Positions 30,303 through 39,659 of a stretch of 64,000 nt of DNA are shown here, one piece after another (position 1 is the first letter of the stretch; each line of letters begins with the position of its first letter). The notes below the pieces were generated by a model. That model was given only the letters and a program-made list of their open reading frames with translations, was not told the DNA's origin and ran no database searches. Origin of the DNA: an uncultured bacterium (GTDB taxonomy: Bacteria; SAR324; NAC60-12); NCBI GenBank assembly GCA_965662235.1, contig CBFIGY010000008.1, positions 1 through 64,000 on the forward strand. Reading direction: 5' to 3'. The position numbers and the translations under genes were made by a program.

Positions 30303-30893
30303 TCATTCAAAGGTATCGTGGGTGCCGTGGTAGATCTGCCAAAAGCGCGGGAGGTAGGTGACCAGAATGTAGAGCTCAATGACTCCGGAAATCGCATAAA
30401 GCGGGTAGAGGAGAAGGGCATAGGGAAGGTCCCAGCCCTGAAAGTCGGTGTAGAGTTGCAGAAACAGCAGGGTCAGCAGAATGAAGTTCAACGCCGTTCC
30501 CCACTTTGGAATGCGCTTGGGAGCAACCTTGAAGAAGATCCGCTTCCACCCCAGCAGAATGGGAATGGACGCCAGTTGCGCGACATCCCGGATGACCAAC
30601 AGCAGAAAGTACACCGGCACCACTCGGTCCAGAAAGTAGAGGTAGCCAAACAGACTCAGCGCCACCAACTTGTCCGCAACAGGGTCCAAGATGGCTCCGG
30701 AAAACGTCACCTGCCCGGTGGCACGGGCCAGTCGACCATCGAGGAAGTCGGACAAAAAAATCCAGCTGGCCAGCAGAAAGGCTCCGGCAAAGGCGTGCTG
30801 TTCCAGGAGAAAGAGCAGCACCGGAATGAGGAGCATCCGGGACAGCGTGAGGACATTGGGAAGGTTGAGGGTGGGGAGCAGCGCGAAGTTCAT
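30303..30893 (-). CDS. CDP-alcohol phosphatidyltransferase (PgsA/ClsA-like)
   Basis: NLPNVLTLSR; DFLDGRLAR...GAILDPVADK motif. Confidence 0.9.
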   Translation of the reverse strand: MNFALLPTLNLPNVLTLSRMLLIPVLLFLLEQHAFAGAFLLASWIFLSDFLDGRLARATGQVTFSGAILDPVADKLVALSLFGYLYFLDRVVPVYFLLLVIRDVAQLASIPILLGWKRIFFKVAPKRIPKWGTALNFILLTLLFLQLYTDFQGWDLPYALLLYPLYAISGVIELYILVTYLPRFWQIYHGTHDTFE

Positions 30894-31077
30894 GAATTCC
30901 CTTGGCAGAAATGATTCCGGAAACGGTCCCGCGAGCGGGAGGATTTCTGAACTCAGCAGCGAGTTAAATCCGTTAATTTACTAAGGAAACTCGCCCGCTT
31001 CCAACTTGTCTCTGGAGGAAGAGAACGGTTATAGTAGCGTTGTTTTTCTTATGCCCTACCCACGATGAGCTTTCCCC

Positions 31078-31968
31078 ATGCGTAAGAACCTGGCGCTTCT
31101 CTTTCTTCTGCTTGCCGCCCTTCTGGGAGGCGGTGCTGCCTTGCAGGCTCAAACGGCCGAAGAGTTCGGTGCCATCCTCAACCTCTCAGGGCGTCAGCGG
31201 ATGCTGTCGCAAAAAATGAGCAAGGAACTGTTGCAGGTGGCGTTGAACCTCAACAAGGCCTCCAGCCTCAAGGCCCTGGACGCCACTGCCCAGCAGTTTG
31301 ACCAGATTCTGAACGGACTGAAAGTAGGAAATGCGGAGTTGGGCCTTCCGGCCTCAAGTGACTTTGTCATTCTGTTCCAGATCAACGTGGTGGAAACCAC
31401 CTGGGGACGTTACCAGACGCTGATCCAGCGGGTGCAGACCACAGGCAAGGTAACCGATGCGGATGTCACTGAAATTTCCCAGACCAGCCTCAAGCTCCTG
31501 AAGGAGTCCAACCAGCTGGTCACACTGTTTGAATTGGCGTCCAAACGTTCGGGGCTCAAGGCCGATCCGGTCTTGGCCAGCATCATCAATGTGGCAGGAC
31601 GTCAGCGGATGCTGTCGCAAAAAATGAGCAAGGAGCTGTTGCTCATCCACTACGGCGTCGATGTGGAGGCGAACAAGCTGAACCTCTTGGCCACCGGGAC
31701 CCAGATTGACCGACCACTGAAGGGGCTCATTGAAGGAGACTCACTTCTGGGGCTACCGGCCACTCGGGAGCCCGTTATCCGGGAGCGCCTTTTGGCGGTT
31801 CAGGCTATTTGGGAGCGCCTCTTCCCTGTGGTGGACGCCGCTTCCCGTCAGTCCACAACAACCATTCCTGAAGAAAACCTGCAGGTTTTACTGCAAGAAA
31901 ACCTTCCCTTGCTCAAAACCATGAACGAAGCAGTGGGGCTCTTTGCTCAGCTTGCTGCCAGTTCCTGA
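31078..31968 (+). CDS. secreted protein with two tandem PilJ/NarX-type sensor domains
   Basis: Cleavable signal peptide (…AALQA/Q); two NxxGRQRMLSQKMSKE boxes; no second TM or output domain. Confidence 0.8.
   Translation: MRKNLALLFLLLAALLGGGAALQAQTAEEFGAILNLSGRQRMLSQKMSKELLQVALNLNKASSLKALDATAQQFDQILNGLKVGNAELGLPASSDFVILFQINVVETTWGRYQTLIQRVQTTGKVTDADVTEISQTSLKLLKESNQLVTLFELASKRSGLKADPVLASIINVAGRQRMLSQKMSKELLLIHYGVDVEANKLNLLATGTQIDRPLKGLIEGDSLLGLPATREPVIRERLLAVQAIWERLFPVVDAASRQSTTTIPEENLQVLLQENLPLLKTMNEAVGLFAQLAASS
31192..31634 (+). repeat. 35-bp exact direct repeat within the tandem sensor gene
   Basis: CGTCAGCGGATGCTGTCGCAAAAAATGAGCAAGGA at 31192-31226 and 31600-31634. Confidence 0.9.
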
Positions 31969-31982
31969 CCGTCTGTTCGACC

Positions 31983-33659
31983 ATGACGCTAAAAACCAAG
32001 TTACTGACTGCCGGGACCGGAGTCGCAGCGCTGATGCTGATGGGGCTGATGCTCTTCAGTTACCTGTTTTCAAACCTAGCAACCGGCTTTGAAAAAATCG
32101 TTCAGCAGTCTCAACTGACAGAAGATTCCGCGATGCAGACCATGCAGATTGCGGGGAAGAGCAGTGAAGGAACCGCCCAGTTTCAGGAAGAGATGCGGGT
32201 GCTGGTGGAAAAGTTCCAGCGTGCCGAGCAGTACATTCAGATTGTGGAACGTCAGAACCTGGCGCAGGCCGATGAGATCCAAAAGCTCTCCCGGCGCTTG
32301 GTCTCCTTGAGCGAGCGAGCCACCGGGAACCTGGGGAACGAGCTGGCCAATGTGGGGGTTCAGGTCCAGCAGATTGAGAACACCTCCCGCCGAGAGGCCC
32401 TGATCTTTTTGAAGGCGGCGACCAACAACATTCACGAAAGCGCTCGATTGGCCGAGCAGGGGCAGGTTCACCTGCAGACCATTGTGGAGGAGGTCAGCCA
32501 GGTGAAACAGCTCAGTGAGCAGTCCGACGTTTCCAGCCACGCCATCAATGTGGCGGCGTTGGAGTTTCAGGAAAGTCTGGAAACCTACCGCTGGCTGATG
32601 ATCATTCTGGTGGGAGGCACTGCGCTGCTGCTCATTCTGGCCGTGTGGTGGTTTGCGGAAAACATTTCTCAGACCATCCGGGACGTCACCCGGCAGCTGC
32701 TTGAGCTGGCAGAGCAAACCAATTCTGAATCCGGAAGCGTGTCGTCCTTCAGTCAGTCGCTCGCCGAAGACTCGAGCCATCAGGCTGCCAGTCTTGAAGA
32801 AACGTCGTCGGCGATGGAAGAGGTGGATGGGCAGATCAAGGCCAACCGGGACAATGCCAAGCAGGCCCTGAAGGAAGTGAATGCGATGGTGACAGCGGTT
32901 CAGCACACTGCCGAGAACGCACGGGTGACGGCCGAAATGTCTCAGTCTGCTCGGAAGCTGATTGAGTCTGGAGCCAACGAGATGCAGGAGATGGCAACGT
33001 CGATGAACCACCTGCGGGAGAGCAGCGAAGAGATTGCCTCAATCATTGAAGTCATCAACGACATCACCCATCAGACCAAGATGCTCTCCACCAATGCCGC
33101 GATTGAAGCCGCCCGGGCGGGGGAGCATGGAAAGGGATTTGCGGTGGTGGCCGACGAGGTGTCTAAACTTGCGGAGAACTCCCGACAGGCGGCCCGCGAG
33201 ATTGCTGACCTGATTCGGGCCAGCACGGAGCGGACTGAAGTGAGCAACCAAAAAGCCCTGGACGGCGAGCAGACCCTGCGGGAGATTCTGCAAGAGTTCC
33301 GCAAGCTAGATGACCTCGTCAATGACATCAGCCGCGCGTCTTCCGGACAGAAGGGACAGATTGAAGCCCTGCAGTCCTTGGTCTCCGGAATCGACTCGGC
33401 ATCTGAGCAGCAGGCCAAGGGCGTGGATGAAGTGACCCGGGCCGTGGTCCTGATGAGCCGTCTGACCCAAAGCACAGCTGCCAGCGCGGAAGAGTCCTTT
33501 GGCTCCTCTCGGGGGCTGACCAACATTGCCGAGACCCTTCAGCAGCAGGTCAGTCGCTTGGCTCACATGGTTGGTTTGCATGGCCGGACCTCCCGCGATG
33601 CCCTTCTCCCAGTTCATTCCTCCCGCTCCAGCAAGTCCCAAACCGAACTCTGGCAGTAA
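31983..33659 (+). CDS. methyl-accepting chemotaxis protein
   Basis: Two TMs flanking a periplasmic helical domain; QAASLEETSSAMEE; NAAIEAARAGEHGKGFAVVADEV hairpin tip. Confidence 0.93.
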   Translation: MTLKTKLLTAGTGVAALMLMGLMLFSYLFSNLATGFEKIVQQSQLTEDSAMQTMQIAGKSSEGTAQFQEEMRVLVEKFQRAEQYIQIVERQNLAQADEIQKLSRRLVSLSERATGNLGNELANVGVQVQQIENTSRREALIFLKAATNNIHESARLAEQGQVHLQTIVEEVSQVKQLSEQSDVSSHAINVAALEFQESLETYRWLMIILVGGTALLLILAVWWFAENISQTIRDVTRQLLELAEQTNSESGSVSSFSQSLAEDSSHQAASLEETSSAMEEVDGQIKANRDNAKQALKEVNAMVTAVQHTAENARVTAEMSQSARKLIESGANEMQEMATSMNHLRESSEEIASIIEVINDITHQTKMLSTNAAIEAARAGEHGKGFAVVADEVSKLAENSRQAAREIADLIRASTERTEVSNQKALDGEQTLREILQEFRKLDDLVNDISRASSGQKGQIEALQSLVSGIDSASEQQAKGVDEVTRAVVLMSRLTQSTAASAEESFGSSRGLTNIAETLQQQVSRLAHMVGLHGRTSRDALLPVHSSRSSKSQTELWQ

Positions 33660-33779
33660 CCTGCCCGGAGCTTTTGGTGGAAGCGGCTCTCCCCAGCGAG
33701 AGCCTCCCACAGCACTTCTAGGCGGCTGTCTCAGGCCGCTTGGGGGAACCTCCTCTTCATAAGAGACCCGCCCGCTCAA

Positions 33780-33798
33780 CGTGACAAAATATGTCACG
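33780..33798. promoter_or_regulatory. palindromic operator candidate upstream of ugpB
   Basis: CGTGACA-AAATA-TGTCACG perfect 7-bp inverted repeat in an AT-rich promoter region. Confidence 0.5.
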
Positions 33799-33917
33799 AA
33801 TGTATTGAATTATGGAGTTGAGTATGCAAAATTTTTTTACAAATGAGCGAAGGGGATGGCTCCGGCGCTCTTTCATCACAGAAACATAAGGCGTTTTTAA
33901 CGCGAAGGGAGTGAGAA

Positions 33918-35228
33918 ATGAAGAAAATGATTCTGGGGGCCCTTGCTGGAGCAATGGCTCTGAACCCACTGGTCGCAATGGCCAAAACCGAAGTGCAGTT
34001 CTGGCATGCCTTCACCGGCCGGCTGGGAGAATTAGTTGCGGCTCAGGTTGAAGAGTTCAACGCCAGCCAGAACGACTATACCGTGGTCGCGAGCCACAAG
34101 GGCAACTACTCGGAGACCCTCAATGCCGGGATCGCGGCCTTCCGTGCTGGTGAACAGCCGCACATCCTGATGGTCTTCGAAGTGGGAACGGCCACAATGA
34201 TGGCTGCCAAGGGCGCGATCAAGCCGGTTTACGAAGTGATGGCCGAAAGTGGGGCTGCTTTTGACCCGGACGCCTACATTGGCGCGGTGAAGGGCTACTA
34301 CACGACGACTGATGGTCAGATGCTGTCGCTGCCCTTCAACTCCTCCACACCGGTGCTGTGGGTGAACCGTGACGCCCTGAGAAGTGCGGGAATTGATCCG
34401 GATGTGGACCTGAGCACCTGGCAAAAAGTGGAAAGCGTGCTGGACCAGCTCAAGGCCTCCGGCAGTTCCTGTCCGCTGGTGACGGCGTGGCAGAGCTGGA
34501 TTCACCTTGAGAACCTCTCGGCTTACCACAACGTTCCTTTTGCCACCCAAGAAAATGGCTTTGCCGGACTGGACACCGAGTTGGTGTTCAACAGTAAGGC
34601 ACAGGTTGCTCACATCTCGAAGATGGGGGAGTGGGCCAAGGAGGGCAAATTCATCTACACCGGACGCCGCAACGAAGGCGGGGCCAACTTCCGGGCAGGT
34701 GAGTGTGCGCTCTTCACAGAAAGCTCGGCCGGTTATGCAGGGATCAGCTCTGAGGCCAAGTTCGACTTTGGAGTGCGTCCGCTTCCCTACTGGGAAGGTG
34801 TGGGCCAAGCTCCGCAGAACACCATCATCGGAGGAGCATCGCTGTGGGTGATGTCAGGTCACCAGAGCGATGAGTACAAAGGCGTCGGCGCCTTCCTGTC
34901 GTTCCTGTCTTCCACTCCGATTCAGGCGAGGTGGCACCAGGATACAGGCTACCTGCCGATCACCGTGGCTGCTGGCGAAGCCACCCGGGCTGCTGGTTTC
35001 TATGAAAAGAACCCGGGCACCGACGTGGCGGTGAAGCAAATGACCGCCAACGCTCCAACGTCCAACTCCAAAGGCCTACGGCTGGGGTCCTTCGACCAAA
35101 TCCGGGGCATCATCGACGAAGAGTTGGAAGCCGTCTGGGCCGGTGACAAGTCGGCACAAGATGCCATGGACAGCGCGGTGTCACGTGGCAACCAGCTGCT
35201 GCGACGGTTCGAGCGGGCCAACCGCTGA
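33918..35228 (+). CDS. ugpB: sn-glycerol-3-phosphate ABC transporter substrate-binding protein
   Basis: FWHAFTG; KGNYSETLNAGIAAFRAG; QVFEVGTATMM-like MVFEVGTATMM; PFNSSTPV; PQNTIIGGASLW. Confidence 0.93.
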   Translation: MKKMILGALAGAMALNPLVAMAKTEVQFWHAFTGRLGELVAAQVEEFNASQNDYTVVASHKGNYSETLNAGIAAFRAGEQPHILMVFEVGTATMMAAKGAIKPVYEVMAESGAAFDPDAYIGAVKGYYTTTDGQMLSLPFNSSTPVLWVNRDALRSAGIDPDVDLSTWQKVESVLDQLKASGSSCPLVTAWQSWIHLENLSAYHNVPFATQENGFAGLDTELVFNSKAQVAHISKMGEWAKEGKFIYTGRRNEGGANFRAGECALFTESSAGYAGISSEAKFDFGVRPLPYWEGVGQAPQNTIIGGASLWVMSGHQSDEYKGVGAFLSFLSSTPIQARWHQDTGYLPITVAAGEATRAAGFYEKNPGTDVAVKQMTANAPTSNSKGLRLGSFDQIRGIIDEELEAVWAGDKSAQDAMDSAVSRGNQLLRRFERANR

Positions 35229-35245
35229 ACCCGTTAACCCACCAA

Positions 35246-35274
35246 GGCAGGCTCTGCAAGTCACAGGGTCTGCC
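35246..35274 (+). other. intercistronic stem-loop after ugpB
   Basis: GGCAGGCTCTG-caagtca-CAGGGTCTGCC 11-bp stem with G-U pairs. Confidence 0.55.
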
Positions 35275-35298
35275 ACTTGTTCCGTTTAGAGAAAGCAG

Positions 35299-36180
35299 AT
35301 GGAGAAACGGGTGACCTTTCGCGGCTGGATGCTGCCGCTCGCGCTGATTGCGCCACAGGTCTTCATCTCCGCAGTCTTCTTCTTCTACCCCGCTGGCCAA
35401 GCGGTTTGGCAGTCTCTGTTCATTCCCGATCCTTTCGGACTCTCAAAGCAGTTCGTTGGGATGGGGAACTTCGAGTACCTGTTCAGCGACAGCCACTACC
35501 GCGCCTCCTTTGTGACAACGGCTGTTTTCTCGCTCTTTGTCACACTGGCCTCGATGATCCCGGCGCTGTTTCTTGCTGTGCTTGCGGATCGGTTGCTCAA
35601 GGGGTCAGGCGTCTACCGGACCCTACTGATCTGGCCGTATGCCGTCGCTCCTGCAGTAGCCGGGGTGCTCTGGATGTTCATGTTCAACACGCGAGTCGGT
35701 GTGGTGTCGTGGTACCTCGGCCAGCTCGGTTACGACTGGAACCACGTGCTGAACGGAGGGGAGGCGATGGGGCTGGTCGTTGTCGCTTCTGCCTGGGGAC
35801 GAATCAGCTACAACTTCCTCTTCTTCTTGGCGGCACTTCAGGCGGTCCCGCATTCGGTGATTGAAGCGGCGGCCATCGACGGCGCTCGATTCTGGCGACG
35901 TTTCTTCACGATTGTCCTGCCGTTGCTTTCGCCGACGACTTTTTTCCTGCTCGTGGTCAACGTCGTCTATGCCTTCTTCGAAACCTTTGGGGTGATCCAC
36001 ACCATCACTGCCGGGGGGCCGCAGCAGGCGACGACGATCCTAGTCTACAAGGTCTTTGCCGATGGGTTTGTGGGGCAGGACCTGGGGGCTTCCTCAGCAC
36101 AATCGGTGATCCTGCTGCTGGTGGTCGGAATGCTGACGGTGTTTCAGTTCAAGTTTGTCGAGAAGCGGGTGCATTACTGA
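35299..36180 (+). CDS. ugpA: sn-glycerol-3-phosphate ABC transporter permease
   Basis: [42 protein letters not shown] end. Confidence 0.92.
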   Translation: MEKRVTFRGWMLPLALIAPQVFISAVFFFYPAGQAVWQSLFIPDPFGLSKQFVGMGNFEYLFSDSHYRASFVTTAVFSLFVTLASMIPALFLAVLADRLLKGSGVYRTLLIWPYAVAPAVAGVLWMFMFNTRVGVVSWYLGQLGYDWNHVLNGGEAMGLVVVASAWGRISYNFLFFLAALQAVPHSVIEAAAIDGARFWRRFFTIVLPLLSPTTFFLLVVNVVYAFFETFGVIHTITAGGPQQATTILVYKVFADGFVGQDLGASSAQSVILLLVVGMLTVFQFKFVEKRVHY

Positions 36181-37034
36181 TGGCAGACGTGCAGGGGATG
36201 GTGGAAAAGCGGGGCACCGGATTGTGGCTCACGCATGTGCTGATGATCCTAGGGGTGCTGGTGATCTTCTTTCCGATCTGGCTGGCCTTTGTTGCTTCCA
36301 CGGTGACACAGCCTGAGATCGTAAGCCCTCCCATGCCGCTTTGGCCGGGTGACCGGTTCTGGGAAAACTACACGGCGGCGCTGTTTTCCGGCGTGAATGT
36401 CCCGGTTGCGACGATGCTCCTGAACTCGCTGATCATGGCGATTGGAATCGCTGTCGGCAAGATCATCATCTCGCTGCTCTCCGCATTTGCCATTGTCTAC
36501 TTCCGGTTTCCGGGACGGAGTCTGTTTTTCTGGATGATCTTCATCACGCTGATGCTACCGGTCGAAGTCCGGATTGTGCCAACCTATGAAGTGGTAGCGG
36601 GCTTCGGGATGCTCAATAGCTACTCCGGACTGATCTTCCCCCTCATCGCTTCAGCAACCGCAACCTTCCTCTTTCGGCAATTTTTCCTGACCATCCCGGA
36701 CGAACTGGCGGAGGCGGCACGGGTGGATGGCGCACGCCCCATGCGGTTTTTTGTCGACATCGTGGTGCCGATGAGCCGGACCAATGTCGCAGCGCTGTTT
36801 GTGATCCTGTTCATCTATGGCTGGAACCAGTACCTCTGGCCCCTCCTGATCACCACGAATCCTGAGATGAACACCATTGTGATGGGCATCAAGCAGATGT
36901 TTCCCTCGGGCGATGACGTGGCCGAGTGGCCGGTCATCATGGCGACCTCCATTCTGGCGATGATCCCGCCAGTGATTGTGGTGGTCTCGATGCAGAAGCT
37001 CTTCATCCGCGGTCTTGTAGACGGCGAGAAATGA
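36180..37034 (+). CDS. ugpE: sn-glycerol-3-phosphate ABC transporter permease
   Basis: [38 protein letters not shown]. Confidence 0.93.
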   Translation: MADVQGMVEKRGTGLWLTHVLMILGVLVIFFPIWLAFVASTVTQPEIVSPPMPLWPGDRFWENYTAALFSGVNVPVATMLLNSLIMAIGIAVGKIIISLLSAFAIVYFRFPGRSLFFWMIFITLMLPVEVRIVPTYEVVAGFGMLNSYSGLIFPLIASATATFLFRQFFLTIPDELAEAARVDGARPMRFFVDIVVPMSRTNVAALFVILFIYGWNQYLWPLLITTNPEMNTIVMGIKQMFPSGDDVAEWPVIMATSILAMIPPVIVVVSMQKLFIRGLVDGEK

Positions 37035-37038
37035 CCAG

Positions 37039-38100
37039 ATGGCGACCGTAACGCTTAAGAACCTGCGCAAGAGTTTTGGCGCAACCGACGTGATCCACGG
37101 GATCGACATGGAGATCGCCGATGGGGAATTCATTGTGATCGTGGGGCCTTCGGGCTGTGGCAAGTCCACCCTGCTGCGGATGGTGGCCGGATTGGAAACC
37201 GTGACTGCGGGGGAGGTGCTGATTGGAGGAGAGCGGGCCAATGACAAGGAGCCGATGGACCGCGACATTGCCATGGTGTTCCAGAACTACGCCCTTTACC
37301 CGCACATGACGGTGGCGCAGAACATGGGCTACGGACTGAAGATCGCCGGCATGCCCAAGCCCGAAATTGCGGCCAAGGTTGAAGCGGCAGCGCAGCTGCT
37401 TCAGCTGGAAGGACTGCTCGACCGGCGCCCCAAGCAGCTTTCCGGAGGGCAGCGGCAGCGGGTTGCCATGGGCCGTGCCATTGTGCGCGAGCCGTCGGTC
37501 TTCCTCTTTGATGAGCCGCTTTCCAACCTTGATGCGAAGCTCCGGGTGCAGATGCGTCTGGAAATCAAGGAGCTGCAGTCCAAACTCGGCATCACCGCGC
37601 TCTACGTCACCCACGATCAGGTGGAGGCGATGACGATGGCCGACCGGATGATTGTGATGAACGAAGGTCGGGCGGAGCAGATCGGCACTCCGCTTGAGGT
37701 CTATGAGCAGCCCCAGTCCCTGTTTGCTGCGCAGTTCATCGGCAGCCCAGCGATGAATGTGCTAGATGCCCGAATTGCTGGCGGGCAGGTGGTGTTGGGG
37801 AACGTTCCCGTCGCGTCGACCTCGGTCCGTGAGGGTGCGGTGAAGTTGGGCATCCGACCGGAGCATTTGAAGCCTGACGACTCCGGTCCGCTGGCAATGG
37901 AGTTGCGGCTTTCCGAACCGCTCGGGGCCAACACGCTGCTGCATGGCCGACTCGTTGAAGGCGGCGTGGGGTTCACCGCCAGTCTCAATGGTGTGCACCA
38001 GGCCGATCGCAGTAACCGCACCATGCACTTCACAGTCGATTCCCGGGACTGCCACCTGTTTGATCCTGAAACCGGCCGCCGGCTCACGCCCACCGCATGA
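37039..38100 (+). CDS. ugpC: sn-glycerol-3-phosphate ABC transporter ATP-binding protein
   Basis: GPSGCGKST; VFQNYALYPHM; LSGGQRQRVAMGRA; DEPLSNLDAKLR. Confidence 0.93.
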   Translation: MATVTLKNLRKSFGATDVIHGIDMEIADGEFIVIVGPSGCGKSTLLRMVAGLETVTAGEVLIGGERANDKEPMDRDIAMVFQNYALYPHMTVAQNMGYGLKIAGMPKPEIAAKVEAAAQLLQLEGLLDRRPKQLSGGQRQRVAMGRAIVREPSVFLFDEPLSNLDAKLRVQMRLEIKELQSKLGITALYVTHDQVEAMTMADRMIVMNEGRAEQIGTPLEVYEQPQSLFAAQFIGSPAMNVLDARIAGGQVVLGNVPVASTSVREGAVKLGIRPEHLKPDDSGPLAMELRLSEPLGANTLLHGRLVEGGVGFTASLNGVHQADRSNRTMHFTVDSRDCHLFDPETGRRLTPTA

Positions 38101-38204
38101 GGAACGCCTGCCTTCCGGGGGTTTTCATCTGAACGGTTCCTGATAAGGTAATGAGGACTGTTTTGTTTTTTGGAACTCCTCAAACTGATGCACAGGAACC
38201 CTCT

Positions 38205-38870
38205 ATGCTCACGCTTTACACCGCCCCTACTCCCAACGGACACAAGGTCTCCATTGCCTTGGAAGAGTTGGGTCTTCCCTACGACATGGTCGCCTTCGAC
38301 CTCATGTCCCTTGATCAGAAGAAGCCGGACTTCCTAGCCCTCAATCCGAACGGCCGCATTCCGACCCTAGTCGATCACGACGAGGAAGATTTTGTCATCA
38401 TTGAGTCTGGAGCGATCCTGATCTACTTGGCAGAAAAAACGGGGAAGCTGCTGCCGACGAATCCGAAGAAGCGCTCTGAGGCGTTGCAGTGGCTGATGTT
38501 TCAGATGGGGGGCGTGGGACCGATGCAGGGGCAGGCGCACGTTTTCTACCGCTATGCGCCTGAGAAGATTCCGTATGCCATTGAACGCTACCAGAAGGAA
38601 ACTCGGCGGCTTTACGAGGTGCTGAACACGCGGCTTGAGGGACGCGAATTCCTAGCAGATGAATATTCCATTGCGGATATTGCCACCTGGCCTTGGGTCC
38701 GGATCCACGAGTGGGCGGGTTTGGAGACAGCAGACCTGCCCCACCTCTCGAGGTGGATGGACACCATGGCGGCTCGTCCTGCGTGTCAGGCGGGCATCCT
38801 CAAGCCTCAGCGTGAAGACGAGCGCCCCCAGAAGAACGTGGCCGCGTTTGCTGAAAAAGTCCTCGTCTAG
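38205..38870 (+). CDS. glutathione S-transferase, Nu class (YfcG-like)
   Basis: [40 protein letters not shown]. Start at MLTLY. Confidence 0.9.
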   Translation: MLTLYTAPTPNGHKVSIALEELGLPYDMVAFDLMSLDQKKPDFLALNPNGRIPTLVDHDEEDFVIIESGAILIYLAEKTGKLLPTNPKKRSEALQWLMFQMGGVGPMQGQAHVFYRYAPEKIPYAIERYQKETRRLYEVLNTRLEGREFLADEYSIADIATWPWVRIHEWAGLETADLPHLSRWMDTMAARPACQAGILKPQREDERPQKNVAAFAEKVLV

Positions 38871-39394
38871 TTGGAATCCTCATGCAACCAGCGGGCGTGC
38901 TCAGGCGCCCGCTTGGTGCGCGACCACTCCTCCAGCATCTCCCACTTCACTTCGTCCAACCGCTCATTCATCTCCGGTGTGTCCGTATTGAACGCCAGCT
39001 CCAGCCGGAGCCCGTTGGGGTCAAAGAAGTAGATCGACTGAAACAGCTTGTGGTCCGTTGGGCCAACCACCTCAATGCCATCGGCCTCCAACCGCTCCTT
39101 CACCTGCAGGAGCGTTTCCAAGGAGTCGACTTCCATGGCGAAGTGCTGCACCCACTTGGGCGTGTTCGGGTCGGCTCCCAAAGGTGGCTTGGTCGGCAGC
39201 TCAAAGAAGGCGAGGATGTTGCCGTCCCCGGCCTTGAGGAAGATGTGCATGTACGGATCCGGCTCCTTGGTGGAGGGAACCTGGTTTTCCGCAATGGCGA
39301 GCACAAACTCCATGTCGAGGTACTTTTGGTACCACTCCACAGTCGCCTTGGCGTCATGGCATCGGTAGGCCACATGGTGAATCTTCTGAATCAT
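38867..39394 (-). CDS. VOC (glyoxalase-like) family protein
   Basis: [32 protein letters not shown]. Confidence 0.9.
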   Translation of the reverse strand: MIQKIHHVAYRCHDAKATVEWYQKYLDMEFVLAIAENQVPSTKEPDPYMHIFLKAGDGNILAFFELPTKPPLGADPNTPKWVQHFAMEVDSLETLLQVKERLEADGIEVVGPTDHKLFQSIYFFDPNGLRLELAFNTDTPEMNERLDEVKWEMLEEWSRTKRAPEHARWLHEDSN

Positions 39395-39431
39395 CTTTCC
39401 TCCTCACAAGCGTTGAGCAGCAAGCTGGCGT

Positions 39432-39650
39432 CTACAGGTTCTTCCGAGCCACCTGCAGGGCTTCGCGCAGCACCTCCAGGTCACCGATGTGATTGGAGAG
39501 CAGCAGCACCAACCGGGCATTCAGCGCGCTGCTCTGTTCATCACTCAGGCCCTGGTGGGCCGCAATCAGGGCTTCGTAAAAGTTATCACCCGCAGGATAG
39601 GCCGAGGCCGAGGTGGCCTCGAAGTAGTGCGGTTCCGTAATCAGGGGCAT
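39432..39650 (-). CDS. DUF2783 small protein (probable hydroxylase coupling subunit)
   Basis: DNFYEALIAAHQGLSDEQSSALNARLVLLLSNHIGD; directly follows the FAD monooxygenase. Confidence 0.85.
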   Translation of the reverse strand: MPLITEPHYFEATSASAYPAGDNFYEALIAAHQGLSDEQSSALNARLVLLLSNHIGDLEVLREALQVARKNL

Positions 39651-39659
39651 GCCAATTCC

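Noticed and set aside
33780..33798. CRP site or canonical Pho box
   Set aside because: GTGA-TCAC spacing is 9 rather than 6, and half-sites are inverted rather than 11-bp direct repeats; kept only as a generic operator.
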